Below are positions 1-14,379 of a stretch of 64,000 nucleotides of DNA, piece by piece (positions within the stretch are counted from its first letter, which is position 1; each line of letters opens with the position of its first letter). The translations under genes were made by a program, and so were the position numbers. The notes beneath the pieces were generated by a model. That model ran no database searches. It saw only the letters and a list, made by a program, of their open reading frames with translations, and was not told the origin of the DNA. Origin of the DNA: Octopus vulgaris. Taxonomy: Eukaryota. The stretch lies in the NCBI GenBank assembly GCA_951406725.2, contig OX597815.1:123628001-123692000 (forward strand). Reading direction: 5' to 3'.

Positions 1-1711
1 CATGGCCTATTTTCATTCAAAGGCTATTAGCGTGGTCCACCCAAAAACTGAAGAATCTGAAATAAAAAAGAAAGGACATTACATAGAATAATGAAAACAT
101 AACAATGGTGTTGCCATAATGTGCACACCAGCAGGGAAAAGTTTTTTCAAAATTGATTCACAGAAAACTGAGAAATCCTAAATTTCACTCCTAAGCTAAT
201 AGCATAGTTGTGGGTGTAGATTGATAAATATTGGATAATTATTTCATCTAAAAGGTTGCCTAAGCACAGGTAGCCAGAACACAACTATTTTTGATGTGTC
301 AGAGGTATAGCATTATGGGAGTAAGGAAGGATGTTATCACCTGAGCATAAGTAAGAAGGGGGTCTAAATTTCCTTTTGTTTATCATACCAGTTAATTAAG
401 GTGTGGTGACAAAATTGTCCAGGTTCCCAACAAATGCTGAGAATCTTTACCATGCTACTTGTCTCTGTTTATCTGTGTGTGGATGTGCGTGACAAAGACC
501 AAAATAGCAGTAATTCCCAATTCTCATTACTAATATTGATAAAAAAAAAAGTAAAAGGCTGCATCAGTAATTTGGTTTCATCACTGAATTGGAATTGATT
601 TTCTTGTTTCATTATTATCTTAAGAAAGACATTGGTATCACACTTCCCAATGCCTTCATATATTCCCTAGTAACTATATCTCAAGTTGCTTGTATGTTTT
701 TCATACACATGAATTTTTTCAACTGAAACAAGTTACTTGCTCCAGCTTGTTGCCATAATGACAAACAATATCTTATGATGTTTCAAATGAATGAATAGTT
801 GTACAGTTTCATTCTCATATCTTACAATTATTATCTTATTTCTTCTCTTACATTAATTTTTTTTTTAAATGTCCACTCTTATCAAGTTACTAATGAAGAA
901 ATCTTGAAATGAATAACTGTAAAATGCTTATTAGCAAAGAAAAGGTGAGTGAGAAAAAATGATAACAATAATGATGATGGTGATGACAATGACAATGACG
1001 ACAAACTAGGTGAGCTGAGATGAATTGGGTTAAGCTAAATGAGTTGTTCATGGCCATAACACTTCCATTGTAAAAAAAAAAAGAAATCATCATCATAAAC
1101 CATGATAATGTTAGGATGAAAAAATGATCTAATCTGTCTTTATGTGACATCAAGAAATGTAGGAGACCTTAATAAATCTTGCACTTATACCATGTTATTT
1201 CTCTCTACAAAAATGATGGTGGTGGTGGTGGGGATAGTGGTAGTGGTGATGGTGGTGGTGGTGGTGATTGTTGCTGTTGTCATCATCGTTTTTGTGATGA
1301 TGATGTTGATAATGATGGCATTGATGACGATGATAACAACAATGAAAGCTGCTGTGGTACTAAAGCGGTTACCAAAAATGATGACCAGTAAGTGGGATAT
1401 AGGATATCATCAGAGCAGTAACTCTAACAATACTTGTGGAAAAGCATTTGAAATATTGTTTTCAACTCTTGGCACAAGGCCAGAAATTTCTGGGAGGAGG
1501 CTAAGTTGGTTACATAGAGCCTAGTGCTCAACTGATACTTATTTTCTCAACACTGAAAGGATGAAAGGCAAAGTTGATCTCAGCAGAATTTGAACTCAGA
1601 ACTTAAAGACAGATGAAATACCACTAAGCATTTTGCCTGACATGCTAATGATTCTACCTGTTCACTACCTTAAAGAATTTGAAATATTACATAGATGTCA
1701 CAAATAGTCTT

Positions 1712-1935
1712 AAATAATAATAATAATAATAATAATTGTGTACAGTGCTCAGGTGCACTACAACTCATCTAAAGTGTATATATAATCAGGTGTAGTTTCG
1801 GCGGATTTCGGAAAGCATGAGGGCCTTAAAAGATGCAGTGTCATGGCAGTCAACAACTGACACAGGCAGTTTATTCCATGCTTCAGCAACTCTGAGCATG
1901 AAAAAATGTTTCCGAAAGTCATGGGAGCTGTATTG
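1712..1935 (-). mobile_element. CR1-like LINE 3' end with an (ATT)n tail
   Basis: Minus strand reads HDFRKHFFMLRVAEAWNKLPVSVVDCHDTASFK. The same family occurs at 53720-53970 (+). Confidence 0.75.
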
Positions 1936-3996
1936 TGACTGCCTTGTTTCAGCCATAAACTAGTCTCTACTGCAAATCAGATGTTATGAATTTGTCAGTT
2001 TGTATGATAGAAGAGTAAGAAGACACATTCCTTTCATTTTTGGAAAGTCATCTTATACAAGTGATCCTAATATTATACCACATAATGCTGAAAATATATG
2101 TTCTAGTTATGTAACTCCTATAGCAGGGATTGCATACAGCTCATACAGTTACAGCTTTTAACTTGATGGGAAGTTGTTAGGAAAAGCTGTTTGAATACCA
2201 GTTGGGTTTCACTCCAACTTAACAATTTTGAAATAGCTTTTACTATCTCTAAATAGAAACGACTAGCATTTGTTGTAATTGCAACAATGTCCTGCTAATT
2301 TCCTGAATGCAATGTAGAATCATGGGGGATCATAATCAGGTTGTATAGTTAAGAAGTTCACTTTGCAATCACAAGGTTTCATGTTCAATCCCACTGCATG
2401 ATAATTGTCTTTCATTATTGGACTGACCAATACCTTGTGAGTGAATTTGGTACATTGAAACTATATGGAAGTATGTCATGTGTATGTGTGTGTGTGTGTG
2501 TGTGCATGCGTGTGTGTGCGTGCGTGTGTGTGTGTGTGTGTGTTTATGTTTGCCTATGTACAACTGCAGGTTGATTTATTTATGTCCCCATAACCTAGCA
2601 ATTTGGCAAAAGAGAATGATAGCATAAACACCAGACTGCCATAAGTACTGGGGTAAATTCATTCAACTGAGCAGGTAAAGTGGTGCTCCAGTATGTCCAT
2701 AGCCCAACAACTGAAACAAATAAAACTTATTTAAAAGAAACTAAGTAAAAAAATTAAGTTTATTGATTTCTTTTTCAAATCTCTAAACAAATATTTCGGA
2801 TCAACTTTCACAATACTTTGTAGTTTTGTTGAAATAAAGATGAACATATGTGCTACCATATTTTTGATGGGCAAAACTTTGTTTCCCTGATATGTAGAAC
2901 AAATTAATATGAAATTTTGAAAGAAAGTTTTAATCTAAATTTCTAAAAACCATGGAGTTTGTATCATAGAGCCAGGCACGGTCTCTATCCAAATGGTTAA
3001 TAATTTAGGTACAAGGACACAAATCTTGCAGAAAAGAACTAATAACAAAGTCAGCTCATGTACTTTATTGGTATTTTATTTTATTTTTTGAAGGATGAAA
3101 GACAAAGCTAGCTTTGGAAGAATTTAAATTTAGAACATAAAAGAGATGCAACAAAATATTACAAAGCATTTTCATGTAATGTTCTAATTATTCCAGTGTC
3201 TATGACCTTCTTGTGAGAAAAAACCTACAAACTGCAACAAAAAAAAGCTATCATTATGAAGATACATGGTCTTGTGGTTGAGATATTTGACTCATGATTG
3301 CAAGGTCATAGGTTTGATTCCTGAAATGTGTAACAAGTTGTACTCTTGTGCAATGCACTTCATTTCACATTGGCTAAGGCTACACAAGTGACATACCAGC
3401 TGTCTCCCCTCAGCTGTCATATCCACAATACTTATGGTATCAAGTGAGTTTGTGATTGCTTGCAACTACACAGGTATCCAAAACAACTGGCAAAAGCACA
3501 GTACATGCATCCAGGTCATACTTGCTTGCAAAAACTAGGTTTTGTTTTTCATGAGCCTACTTCCTTTAATAGTTTTATTCAGATTAATTTTTTTTTCAAA
3601 TCTTTTCATAATCCCCACCAGCTTTTTGTCCACTAGCATGTAATCTGTCTTCTGCTGCCTTGAAATATTAAGATGAGCAACAAACTTTGTATTGGGGCAT
3701 AACACAGTTAAAAATAAACTTGTTATATGTTGCTTAAATTGTAAAAACTAGAATTTCTTTACTCAAATATACAATGCAGTACTTGCAACTTGTGACTTGA
3801 TATGAAGTTACTTACAAGCTGAGCCCTGATACACTTATCCATTGCATTTTACTGTTCAGAAATGATTAAGTATTAAACAAAATGTAAGACTTAACCTCTT
3901 AAATTTATTTTCCAGCAATCCATTTAACATTTCTTGTGCACTTTCCATAGAAAGTACAGTACAGATAAGCAACACCTCCAGAGATACAATACTGAC

Positions 3997-4023
3997 CTTA
4001 ATGTTGGAAGTTTCATACTCAAA
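3997..4023 (-). other. Candidate 27-nt micro-exon
   Basis: gtttgttttccag|TTTGAGTATGAAACTTCCAACATTAAG|gtcagt. Frame-preserving (FEYETSNIK or LSMKLPTL) and in unique sequence. Confidence 0.3.
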
Positions 4024-4833
4024 CTGGAAAACAAACACGTTCAAGTGTTTGATCAGCTTTAATATATTACAAGGAAATAGCAAATAGATATGGTTGAGTG
4101 ATAAACAAAATGCATTACAGCAGTTAATTTCATATCTCTAGATATGTCTAGGAATTGTCTGGGCCTCTCATTGCTTAAGAGTTAATAAAATAAGAACTAA
4201 TAATATTCAGGTGTTTATTCAATTACTTTAATAATACTCAATATTGACTTTTGAAAATTGTTGGCTTGATGCTTGCCAAGTGATAAAAAAAAAATTTTGA
4301 ATGAAAATTGAAATTTCAACTGCAAGGGAGGTAACCCTAAACTGTTCTAAATGCCCAACATTTAAAAAAGTAATAACTATGTAAAGTAATTTATTTAAAA
4401 TCTATAAATTCCGTATATAAATACATCCACTTCATAATGTACATAACTGGAGCATGGCTAGGGATGGGGGCTGAGAAGTAGAGAGGTAGATATATTAATG
4501 TACTGACCTATCGTTTTGATATTCTGAGTTCATTATATTTCTTTTGATTTTTTTTTTTGCTCCTACAAATTTCTGGCACTGTGTCAATTGAAGTATGAAC
4601 TCTCAAGAAGTAAGCTTTTGGTAAAACAAGTTAGTGATATATTTTTTTATTGTTAGTTGAAGCCAATTCATTTGTGTCTTTAATGATTTGGGGAAAGGCA
4701 TGCATGTTATAACAACCCACTTTTGTCTAAAATACAGAGCTTTGCATGAGTTATGTATTCATATGTTGTTTCTGAAATGGAAATAATTTAAGCTAATTGA
4801 AAGTTAATATTGGTTTCACTTCAGAGATTAGTA

Positions 4834-5357
4834 CCGTAAATCCTTGAGTATAATCCACATTTTTTTCCCCAAAATTTAAAGGTCAAAATCCCTAGTGCGT
4901 ACTGTATACGAGGTTAAAAATAAAAAATATTTTCTAAGCAATGTCTGAGTCTCCATTTGCTGTCTGGCAATGTTTATTCAGATGCATTTTGTGATGTCGG
5001 GTGCTAAAATACCTTCAGCTAAGACTGAAAGTAATGAAGTCATAAAAGAATCATCCATATACTTGCAGTAAGCAAAATTTATTAAAATAAAAGTATCCAG
5101 AACACAGAATAACATGTAGCAAAAACAATTTGCAAACCTATTTACATTCCCATATAACAGTTAAGAACATCACCATTATTGCATTATGCATGTGTGGAAG
5201 TGTTTGTTCGTCTAGGTGCTGCTGGCTTAATTATGCACAACTCAAGTTAGAGAAGGGGTGCATATTATACACAAGGTTTAGGTTTTTCAGAGGTACAGCC
5301 CACTAAAAATCCCCTGCGTATTATACTTAAGGGCAGACTATACTCGAGGATTTATGG
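4834..5357. mobile_element. MITE, pogo/Tc2-like
   Basis: TIRs ccgtaaatccttgagtataatc / gactatactcgaggatttatgg, with TA at both ends (4832-33, 5358-59). Non-coding. Confidence 0.75.
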
Positions 5358-6223
5358 TAATTAGAGTTAAAAAGCTCCTCTTAGATGTTATGCAAATTAT
5401 AACATGGATCACATGATTATGGCAGTTAGTTTTTTAGATCATATGAAATGGAGTGACCATATAGTTCACAGTTTGAAGAACTGAGGACATAGTGAGGACA
5501 ATACAGCTCAGATTTACACTCTGGGAACATAAGATAATTGACCACTGCTTTTTTTGCTACATGTAAGCATCATCTATATATGTATATGGGTATATATGAT
5601 CAAATATCTGCATGTAAGCATCATCTATACATGTATCTGTTTATATGGATATATATGACCAAAGAGCTCAGAAGATATCGTAATAAAAAAAATCCCAGTT
5701 GTTTTCTTCCATTGTGCAGCAGCATGGGCCAAGTGTCAACACAACCTTAACAGCAAAATTGAAAAGACAGAAATAATGAGGAGGCCCCTTGGATGGACTG
5801 TAACTATAATTCAAAGAATGTCATGCTGATTCTGCTTGAGAATTACACTAATGGTACAAGTGTTTGCAAAATATTAAGCAACTTTCATTATATTAATGAA
5901 TAGGAAGTATCCTTGAGTGAACAACTCATTTGTGTGTATGGTTTGTGTAGAATTGAATGTCTTGTGGGTGAATTATTTCTAATCTTAGACACACACACTT
6001 TCTTTTACAACATTATTGTTATACAGTTTACTCTTTTACTTGTTTCAGTCATTTTGACTGTGGCCATGCTGGAGCACCGCCTTTAGTCAAGCAAATCGAA
6101 CCCAGGACTTATTGTTTGTAAGCCTAGTACTTATTCTATCAGTCTCTTTTGCCAAACCGCTAAGTTATGGGGATGTAAACACACCAGCATCAGTTGTCAA
6201 GTGATGTTGGGGACACATACACA

Positions 6224-6265
<42 letters not shown>

Positions 6266-6606
6266 TATATATACGACAGGCTTCTTTCAGTTTCCGTATA
6301 CCAAATCCACTCACAAGGCTTTGGTCGGCCCGAGGCTATAGTAGAAGACACTTACCCACGGTGCCACACAGTGGGACTGAACCTGGAAAAATGTGGCTGA
6401 TAAGCAAGCTACAGGGAAATATTTTGCAATAATCGATCTTAGAATCTATGTCAACTTATGATGATAATGGCAAGATGATGATGATGATGATGACGGTGGT
6501 AGTAGTGGTGATGATGAATGATGATGATGATAATGACGATGGTGATGATATTGATCATCATCATCCTCATCCCCATCATCATCGTCATTATCATCATCAA
6601 CATCAT

Positions 6607-6637
<31 letters not shown>

Positions 6638-7317
6638 AGGCACTGTTTAAATAATCATCAGCAGTCTAAGGTGAAATTTTAGAAAGGTTTATATTTTTCT
6701 TTATTCCTTAACTTTCTCATATTCTCCCAAATTCTTGAGAAGCAATTTGTTGTTTATACAAATCATTTGATGATGACAAAACAAATTTATTTATTCAGCA
6801 ATATATATATTATGACATCACAGTTCAGTTTGATGATAATGTTTTTATGACTTTTCATGCCCTTACATTTTATTGATATTTTATAATATTCCTAAAATTG
6901 TGTGTTTTCTTAAAAAATTTTATTTGTAAATGAAGAAAATATACATTTTTTTGTTAATGAATGCATTTCCAGTTTAATCCCTTGCCTGTCTAAATCATTT
7001 TCAAAAGTTTGTCCTAAATGTCCATGCTTGTTTTCAGGATTTTAGTTAGCCCTTGTTTTATACCTTCTGTGTAATATAAAGCTTTCCAAGATGCTCTGGT
7101 AGTTGAAAAAAATTGGGAATGTGTGTCATATATGATACATGGATACCAGGGAAATACATCCTGTGTATAATATGTGATGCACAAAGGGTTAAGAATAGAT
7201 ACTGCATTCCCAGATGTGGAAAGAATGACTGAAACTGAAACATGTACGTGCTGAAAAAAAGAAAAATAATATTACTCATTCACTTATATTGTTTTTTCTC
7301 ATTCATATATCTATATA

Positions 7318-7640
7318 GTGAAGGCACGTGGCTTAGTGGTTAGGATATTTGGTTCATGATCATAAGATTGTGAGTTCAGTTCCCAGTGACACATTGTGTC
7401 CTTGAGCAAGACAATTAATTTCATATCATTCCAATCCACTCAGCTGGCAAAAATGAGTAGTACCTGTATCTGAAAAGGTCAACCTTGTTACTCTGTGTCA
7501 CACTAAATCTCCCTGAGAACTATGTTAAGAGTACACGTGTCTGTGGAGTGCTCAGCCACATGGATGTTAATTTCAAGAGCTGGCTGTTTTGTTGATTGGA
7601 TCAATTGAAACCCTTATCATCATAACCAATGGAGTGCCAG
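7318..7640 (+). mobile_element. tRNA-derived SINE family C (also 31018-32630 split by the mariner, 38155-38465, partial 3258-3380)
   Basis: A box tggcttagtggttag, B box gagttcagttc, gtgtccttgagcaagac...ccactcagctggcaaaaatgagtagtacc body. Confidence 0.8.
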
Positions 7641-7925
7641 TTATGCCAGTGCCGCTGGACTGGCTCCTGTGCAGGTGGTACGTAAAAAACACCATTTGTG
7701 TGTGGCCGTTGCCAGTACCACCTGACTGGCCCTCGTACCAGTGGCATGTAAAAGCACCCACTACACTCTCGAAGTGGTTGGCATTAGGAAGGGCATCCAG
7801 CTGTAGAAACTCTGCCAGATCAGATTGGACCCTGCTGCAGCCATCTGGTTTGCCAGTCCTCAGTCAAATTGTCCAACCCATGCTAGCAAGGAAAGCAGAC
7901 GTTAAATGAATGATGATGATGATTT
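7630..7925 (+). mobile_element. RTE 3'UTR/tail copy (further copies at about 13060-13285 +, 25965-26480 +, 37730-38097 +, 48680-48815 +, 48840-49810 +)
   Basis: Shared motif gtggcacgtaaaagcacccactacactctcggagtggttggc.ttaggaagggcatccagctgtagaaac...ccaacccatgctagcatggaaagcggacgttaaacgatgatgat. Confidence 0.8.
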
Positions 7926-9106
7926 GATTCTTTTATGACCCCTGCATCAAATATGTCACTGTTGATTAAACTACTGTTTTGTATTTGAATAACAATGCTT
8001 TTGAATTATTTATTTCTAAACAATTTATTTTCTCAAACTGACCACTGTACAATCTTGTGCATTTACTCTGAAATTTATATGTTATTTCTTCAGTGAGTAT
8101 AATAAAATCTAGGTTTTTCTAATAAAGTCAGAATAAGAAGGAAATATGTACATAGTTATCTTCCCCAGTTCCTGTAAAATAAATGAACAAAATAATATTG
8201 ATTACTTACATAGGTCAAAGGCGTGAAATTTGACAATAAGACTGACACTAATAGTCAAAATGATATTAGTTATTGACTTCTTGTTTTTCTTTCACCACAT
8301 TTGCAATTTTAAATATTCTGTTAGTACTATAAATATTTAACTGGCATGGCAAAGGGATTAAGAAGTTTGCTTTGACCCTGGTTTCAATTCCTGGGAGTTG
8401 TGGAGCACCTTGGATAAATGTCTTCAGCATCATCATTAGTTGACTCAAACTTATGAGTAAATTTTGGTAGATCAAAACTCTGTGGAAGCCCACTCAGATG
8501 AATTATTTCAGTAATTGAAAGTCTAGCTTTATCACATTTTTGTGCTGACTCTGCTTAGGAAGTATGGCTGGAATACTCAGTCATTTACATGTGAATTTTA
8601 CAGGTCCAACATTTTGTTGATTAAAGAACTAAATACTTGTTTTGGAAACTGATGGAGAGTCCATTGGGGTAACACTAAATTAACTATATAGGTGTCATAC
8701 ACTTTCAAGTTCTAACATCATCCTTGAAATTTGATAGGTATCAGAATTTCTGTTTGATTACAGGTACTTATGTAATTAATTATCTAATCATTTTTAAAAA
8801 ATGAAATATAAAAAGCTGGAACATTGAAATCATCTGGAATTTTGAAGATTGTTTTTACTTTTTAGAAACCATGCTTACATTTTAAAAATTACTAAGCTGT
8901 TTCTTTTTATTAATTTTTTCATGTATTCTCTACTGATTGTCATCGTTTTTTAACATCAACTTTCCCAAGCTTGTATGGGGCAGGTAGAATTCATTGAGAC
9001 AGATTTTCTACAGTTGAATGCCTTGTTTATTGCTAACCCTCATTCATTACCTAACAAAGGGACATTTTCCTGTGATTAAACATGATTTTGTGAAAGATAG
9101 GAAATA

Positions 9107-10019
9107 AAAGTTGGTATCAAAAAGTTCCTGGATTAGTTATGTTTAATAAAAAATAAATTATTTACCTAAGTTTTAACATCATCTCCTTTGAAATAGTCAC
9201 CTTGCACAGCAATACACCAGTTCCGGCATTCCTGCCACATTTGGAATCCGGCCTGGTAGTCGTTTTCATAAGTGAATCGAACACCTTCTGCGATTCGTAT
9301 GGGATCTCAATAACGGTGTTAAAATGACAACATTTAAGCTGCATTTTCATCTTGGGGAAGAGATGGAAGTCTGCAGGTGCTGAGTCTGGTGAATAGATGA
9401 GTGTGGAAGCAATACCATGTTGTTTTGGTGAGAAACTCACGAATGAGGAGAACTTAGTGACAGGGTGCATTGTCATAGTGAAGAATCCAATTCTTAATAT
9501 CCCACAGATCTGGTTGCTTTCGCCAAATGTCCTCCGTCAAGCAACTTCAAAATGTCACAGTAGAACTCTCAATTGACAGTCTGGTCTGGGGACAAATTCT
9601 CAAAGCATTATACCACATTTCCAGGATTAGCTCTCATGGCAGGTCTTCCAGATCACTCATTGTCTTCCAGGGATATTCTTCCACTTTTGAAGCATCTGTG
9701 CCACTTGAAACATTGCATACAACCTATTGCCTTGCTGTAAGCTTGCCAAAGCATGCTCAATGCCTCCATAGCAGACTTCCCAAGTTTAACGCAAAATTTC
9801 ACATTGGCTCTTTGTTCCTATCCATGACAAAATCGCAGACCACAGCATATATGTGATCACAAAAACACAAATTTCACAATTTACAAAGTAAACACAGTGA
9901 GTTCACTTGGCGCTTTGCCTCATGAAGGTCACTTCTTGGTGTCATTGTGCATGCAACCATGTGCTGTCATCTGTTGGTGTGCTACAGAACTAGTCTAGGA
10001 ACATTTCGATACTACTTCG
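9107..10019 (-). mobile_element. Internally deleted mariner
   Basis: YSPDSAPADFHLFPKMK motif in ORF 9162-9476. Imperfect TIRs (ttggtatcaaaaagttcctggattagtt / aactagtctaggaacatttcgatactac) flanked by TA. Confidence 0.8.
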
Positions 10020-11455
10020 TAAATGCCTGTATGATGATGACATTTGTTCATAGCTATCATGCAATGTCAAGACAATGATGCACAAATGCACTCATGCACA
10101 CAAACACAGTCACATCTATCCATCCATCTGTCCTTACATACATACATACATACATACATATGATGGACTTTGTTATGTCTATCAAATCCACTCACACGGC
10201 TTTGGTTGGTCCAGATTATAGCAGAAGGCACTTGCCCAAGGTTCCATGCAGGGGGACTGGACCTGAAGCCATGGAGTTCGAAAGCAAATTTTTTAACCAC
10301 AGCCTGCATCTAATATTTACAGAAATATTTAATTTCAAAATAACATTTTCTTTTTAAACATAGAAATGTAGTTTTGAGATGACATGGTAGAGGTGGAAAG
10401 GAATAAGAGACTGTGTGGAATAATATTTTACCTTCCTAAGAGAAGTTGAAAAGTAACAGAAGTAGTTTTAACTCTGTGCTAACCTTGGCATAAGTTCATT
10501 TTGGGAAAAATAAGATGAATAATATAGTACAAATGAAATCACTTGATGAATATTGCCACATAAGTGATTCAGTTGGCTGACTGGAGAATTAGCCATTTTT
10601 TTGGTTACAGAATTGAAAGGTATTATTCATTAAGGCAAAGCTAAAGTAGACATTTGTTCCAATGTGTTTTTCTGCTAATATTCTCAGAATAATAAAACAG
10701 TAGCATATTAGTGCACACAGCAATTTTCTAGTATGTCAATATGGCTTCCATGAAAACAACATTGTCCATATTCTCAGGTTTTTCTTATTTCAAAGGGCAA
10801 AAAAAAAAAAAAAAATGAAAAAGCTTAAGGTAGCTTGTCAAGTATTTTACTAAGATTTCAGTAAATATATTAGAACTGACTTTTTTTATGAAAGTAACAA
10901 TGAAAATTTTATGTTCTGAAAAGAAAAAAATATTCAAATACTAAATACTCTCTCAAACACTGCAAGATATTTTGAATTCTAAACATTTGAAGAAAAGAAT
11001 ATGTGTTTGTTGGTACATGTGTGTGTGTGTGTGTGTGTATCATCATTATCATAATTTTACTGTCCAATTTTCCATGCTTGCGCGGGTCACACAGAATTGG
11101 TTGAGGCAGATTTTCTACTTGTCAATCTTCACCTGTTTCCAAGCAAAGTAATATTTCCTGATGGCCAGAAATATTTTCATAGAAAATTAGAAATGAATGA
11201 CACCATTTGTATGGCAGTGACACTCATTTACAACTAACATATGAATTAAAGACAAGAAGACATAAGCATGCATGGCTGTATGGTCAGAAGATTGCTTTCC
11301 AACCACATGGTTCTGGGTTCAGTCCTACTGCATGTCAACTTGGGCAGGTCTTTTCTATTATAACTTTGGGCCGACCAAAGCCTTGTAAGTAGATTTGGTA
11401 GGTGGAAACTGAACGAAGCCCATTGTGTATATTTACATACATACATACATAACAC

Positions 11456-11491
<36 letters not shown>

Positions 11492-11804
11492 ATATTCTTT
11501 TATTCTTTTTTCTTTTATTTGTTTCAGTCATTTCACTGTGGCCATGCTGGAGCACCGACTTTAGTCGAACAAATCAACCCCCGAACTTATTCTTTGTAAG
11601 CCTAGTACTTATTCTATCAATCTCTTTTGCTGAACTGCTAAGTTACGGAAATATAAACACACTGACATCGGTTGTCAAGTGATGGTGGGGGAACAAACAC
11701 AGACACAAATGCATACATACATACATACATACATACATACATACATACATACATACATACATACATACATACATACATACATACATACAGACATCATACA
11801 TACA

Positions 11805-11839
<35 letters not shown>

Positions 11840-11843
<4 letters not shown>

Positions 11844-12125
11844 TATTAAAATTAGGGAAGTTATTTCCGAGTCCACAGGGGAGAGAAGTTCAATTTAGTG
11901 GTACTAAAATGAATTACTCACTGTATTATATACATATATATAGATAGGTTTAAGAGACAGAATCCCCCTCAAGCAACTCAATCATCATTGAACGACATTA
12001 TCCACGATAGGTACATATAGGAGTAAATATTAAATTATCAAAATTAATACCTTCAATTCTTATTCTAAATCATATACTTTACATTATATAGACTACACGT
12101 GTTTCATGACAACATATTCTTCGAT
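11840..12125 (-). mobile_element. Penelope-like fragment with the 3' half of a hammerhead
   Basis: Minus strand GAAAC-ACGT-GTA-GTC (palindromic ACACGTGT) at about 12091-12105. Non-coding and embedded in (TA)n/(CA)n. Confidence 0.4.
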
Positions 12126-12192
12126 ACACACATACACACACACACACGTAAATATATGCATGTATATATATATATATATATATGCATATATA

Positions 12193-13010
12193 TCATCATC
12201 ATCATCATCATCGTTTAACATCTGCATTCCATGCTTGCATGGGTTGGATGATTTGACTGAAGACTGGTGAACCAGATGGCTGCACCAGGCTCCAGTCTGA
12301 TCTGGCAGAGTTTCTACAACTGGATGCCCTTCCTAACACCAACCACTCTGAGAGTGCAGTGGGTGCTTCTACGTACCACCGGCACAAGGACCAGTCAGGC
12401 GGTAATGGCAACGGCCACGCTCAAATGGTGTTTTTTATGTGCCACTTGCACAGGAGACAGTCCAGTGGCACTGACAATGACTTTGCTCGAATGTTTTTTC
12501 CTGTGCCACCAGCACAAGTGCCAGTAAGGCAATGCTGGTAATGATCACGCTTGAAAGATGCTTTTTACATGCCACCGGCACAGAAGCCAATTAGCTGCTC
12601 TGGCAACGATCACGCTGAGATGGTGCTCTTAGCGCTCCACAAGCACCGGTATCAGTCATCGAATTTGATTTCGATTTCACTTGCTTCAACAGGTCTTCAC
12701 AAGCAGAGTTTAGTGTCCAATGAAGGAAAGGTATGCATAAGTGGGCTGGTTACACCCCTGGCATAGGCCACGAGGTTATGGTCTCACTTGGCTTGCCAGG
12801 TCTTCTCAAGCACAGCATATTTCCAAAGGTCTTGGTCACTAGTCATTGCCTCGTTGAGGCCTAATGTTCGAAGGTCTTGCTTCACCACCTCATCCCAGGA
12901 TCTACCTCTTCCACAGGTTCCCTCAACCACTAGGGTGTGGCACTTTTTCACACAGCTATCCTCATCCATTCTTACCACATGACCATACCAGCGCAGTCAT
13001 CTCTCTTGCA
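12193..13010 (-). mobile_element. RTE 3' end (C-terminus + 3'UTR + (GAT)n)
   Basis: ORF 12784-12978 (MDEDSCVKKCHTLVVEGTCGRGR...) is nearly identical to the end of the 20334 ORF, followed by the same 3'UTR and tail. Confidence 0.88.
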
Positions 13011-13284
13011 TCATATATATATAGGCACAGGAGTGGCTGTGTGGTAAGCACCATCTGAACATGGTCGATGCCAGCCCCCTCGTCCCGACTGGCTCCTGTT
13101 CCGGTGGCACATACAAAGCGCCCACTACACTCTTGGAGTGGTTGGCGTTAAGAAGGGCATCGACCTGTAAAAACATTGGCAAATCAGACTGGAGACTGGT
13201 GCAGCCTCCTGGCTTGCCAGACCCCAGTCAAACCATCCAACCCATGCCAGTATGGAAAACGGACGTTAAACGATGATGATGATG

Positions 13285-13335
<51 letters not shown>

Positions 13336-13679
13336 ACATGAGGGATTTCTTTCAGTTTCCTACCAAATCCACTCACAAGGCTTTGGTCAGCTTGAAGCTA
13401 TAGTAGAAGACATTTGCCCAAGGTGTTATGCACTGGGACTGAACCAGGAACCATGCGGTTGGTAAGCAAGCTTCTTACCACACAGCCACTCCTGTGCCTC
13501 GCCATGATCGCTAGCCACTATACCTTTTCCTATTTTCTCTCCCTGTTTATTTCTGTGTTCCTTTCTGTCAAAGAGCGTAGGCTTGAAACGGAAAAGACTT
13601 TCTCACTTCCTTAGTGTTAAGCTAATACATCTGTTTGTTGTTTACACACTTGTCTTCATCTTTTCCTTTTTTTGTAAAT

Positions 13680-13724
<45 letters not shown>

Positions 13725-13752
13725 TATACATATATATACATATATATATATA

Positions 13753-13786
<34 letters not shown>

Positions 13787-14056
13787 TCATCATATCATAT
13801 ATCATATATATATCCGTTATATCCATATAGCATGGGTTATATTCAATATATGGGAAGCCCGATATATAGGCCAGTCATATCTGGCATATTATATATATAT
13901 ACCTTATATACGCCATACCATATCCGATAGTATAGTGGGTGATTTTATGTGCCACCGACACAGGTGCCTATGCATACATACATACATACATACATACATA
14001 CATACATACAGATATATATATATATCACATAAGCATATATACATAGATATACAATG

Positions 14057-14102
<46 letters not shown>

Positions 14103-14379
14103 ACTATTTCACCTCAACTAGCCCTACTCTCTTTAACATCATGCCAAAACACATTAGAGAAGAAAAAGTATTGCATAACATTCAAATAATTCCTGGATGA
14201 ATATAATGTATGTATGTATATGTAGACATGTATACATACATCATCATCATTATCATTTAATAGATGCCAAATGGTGATAATGTTGATGATGATGATGATG
14301 ATACATGTTTACATATACATATATACATACATATATTTATCCAAGAACTATTTGAATGTTATGGCATCTTTTTCTTCTC

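Noticed and set aside
890-1524. ORFs rich in His/Val/Met/Asp/Gly (also 6446-6654, 16763-17026, 23775-24077)
   Set aside because: These are translations of (GAT/GGT/CAT/AAT)n microsatellites, open on both strands, with no domain or splice support.
10428-10470. Minus-strand tag|GAAG|gtaaaa possible 4-nt micro-exon
   Set aside because: Too short to distinguish from chance in AT-rich DNA without transcript data.
12360-12650. Regularly spaced repeats resembling a CRISPR array
   Set aside because: They are degenerate modules of the RTE 3'UTR in a eukaryotic genome. The spacers are related to each other and there are no cas genes.
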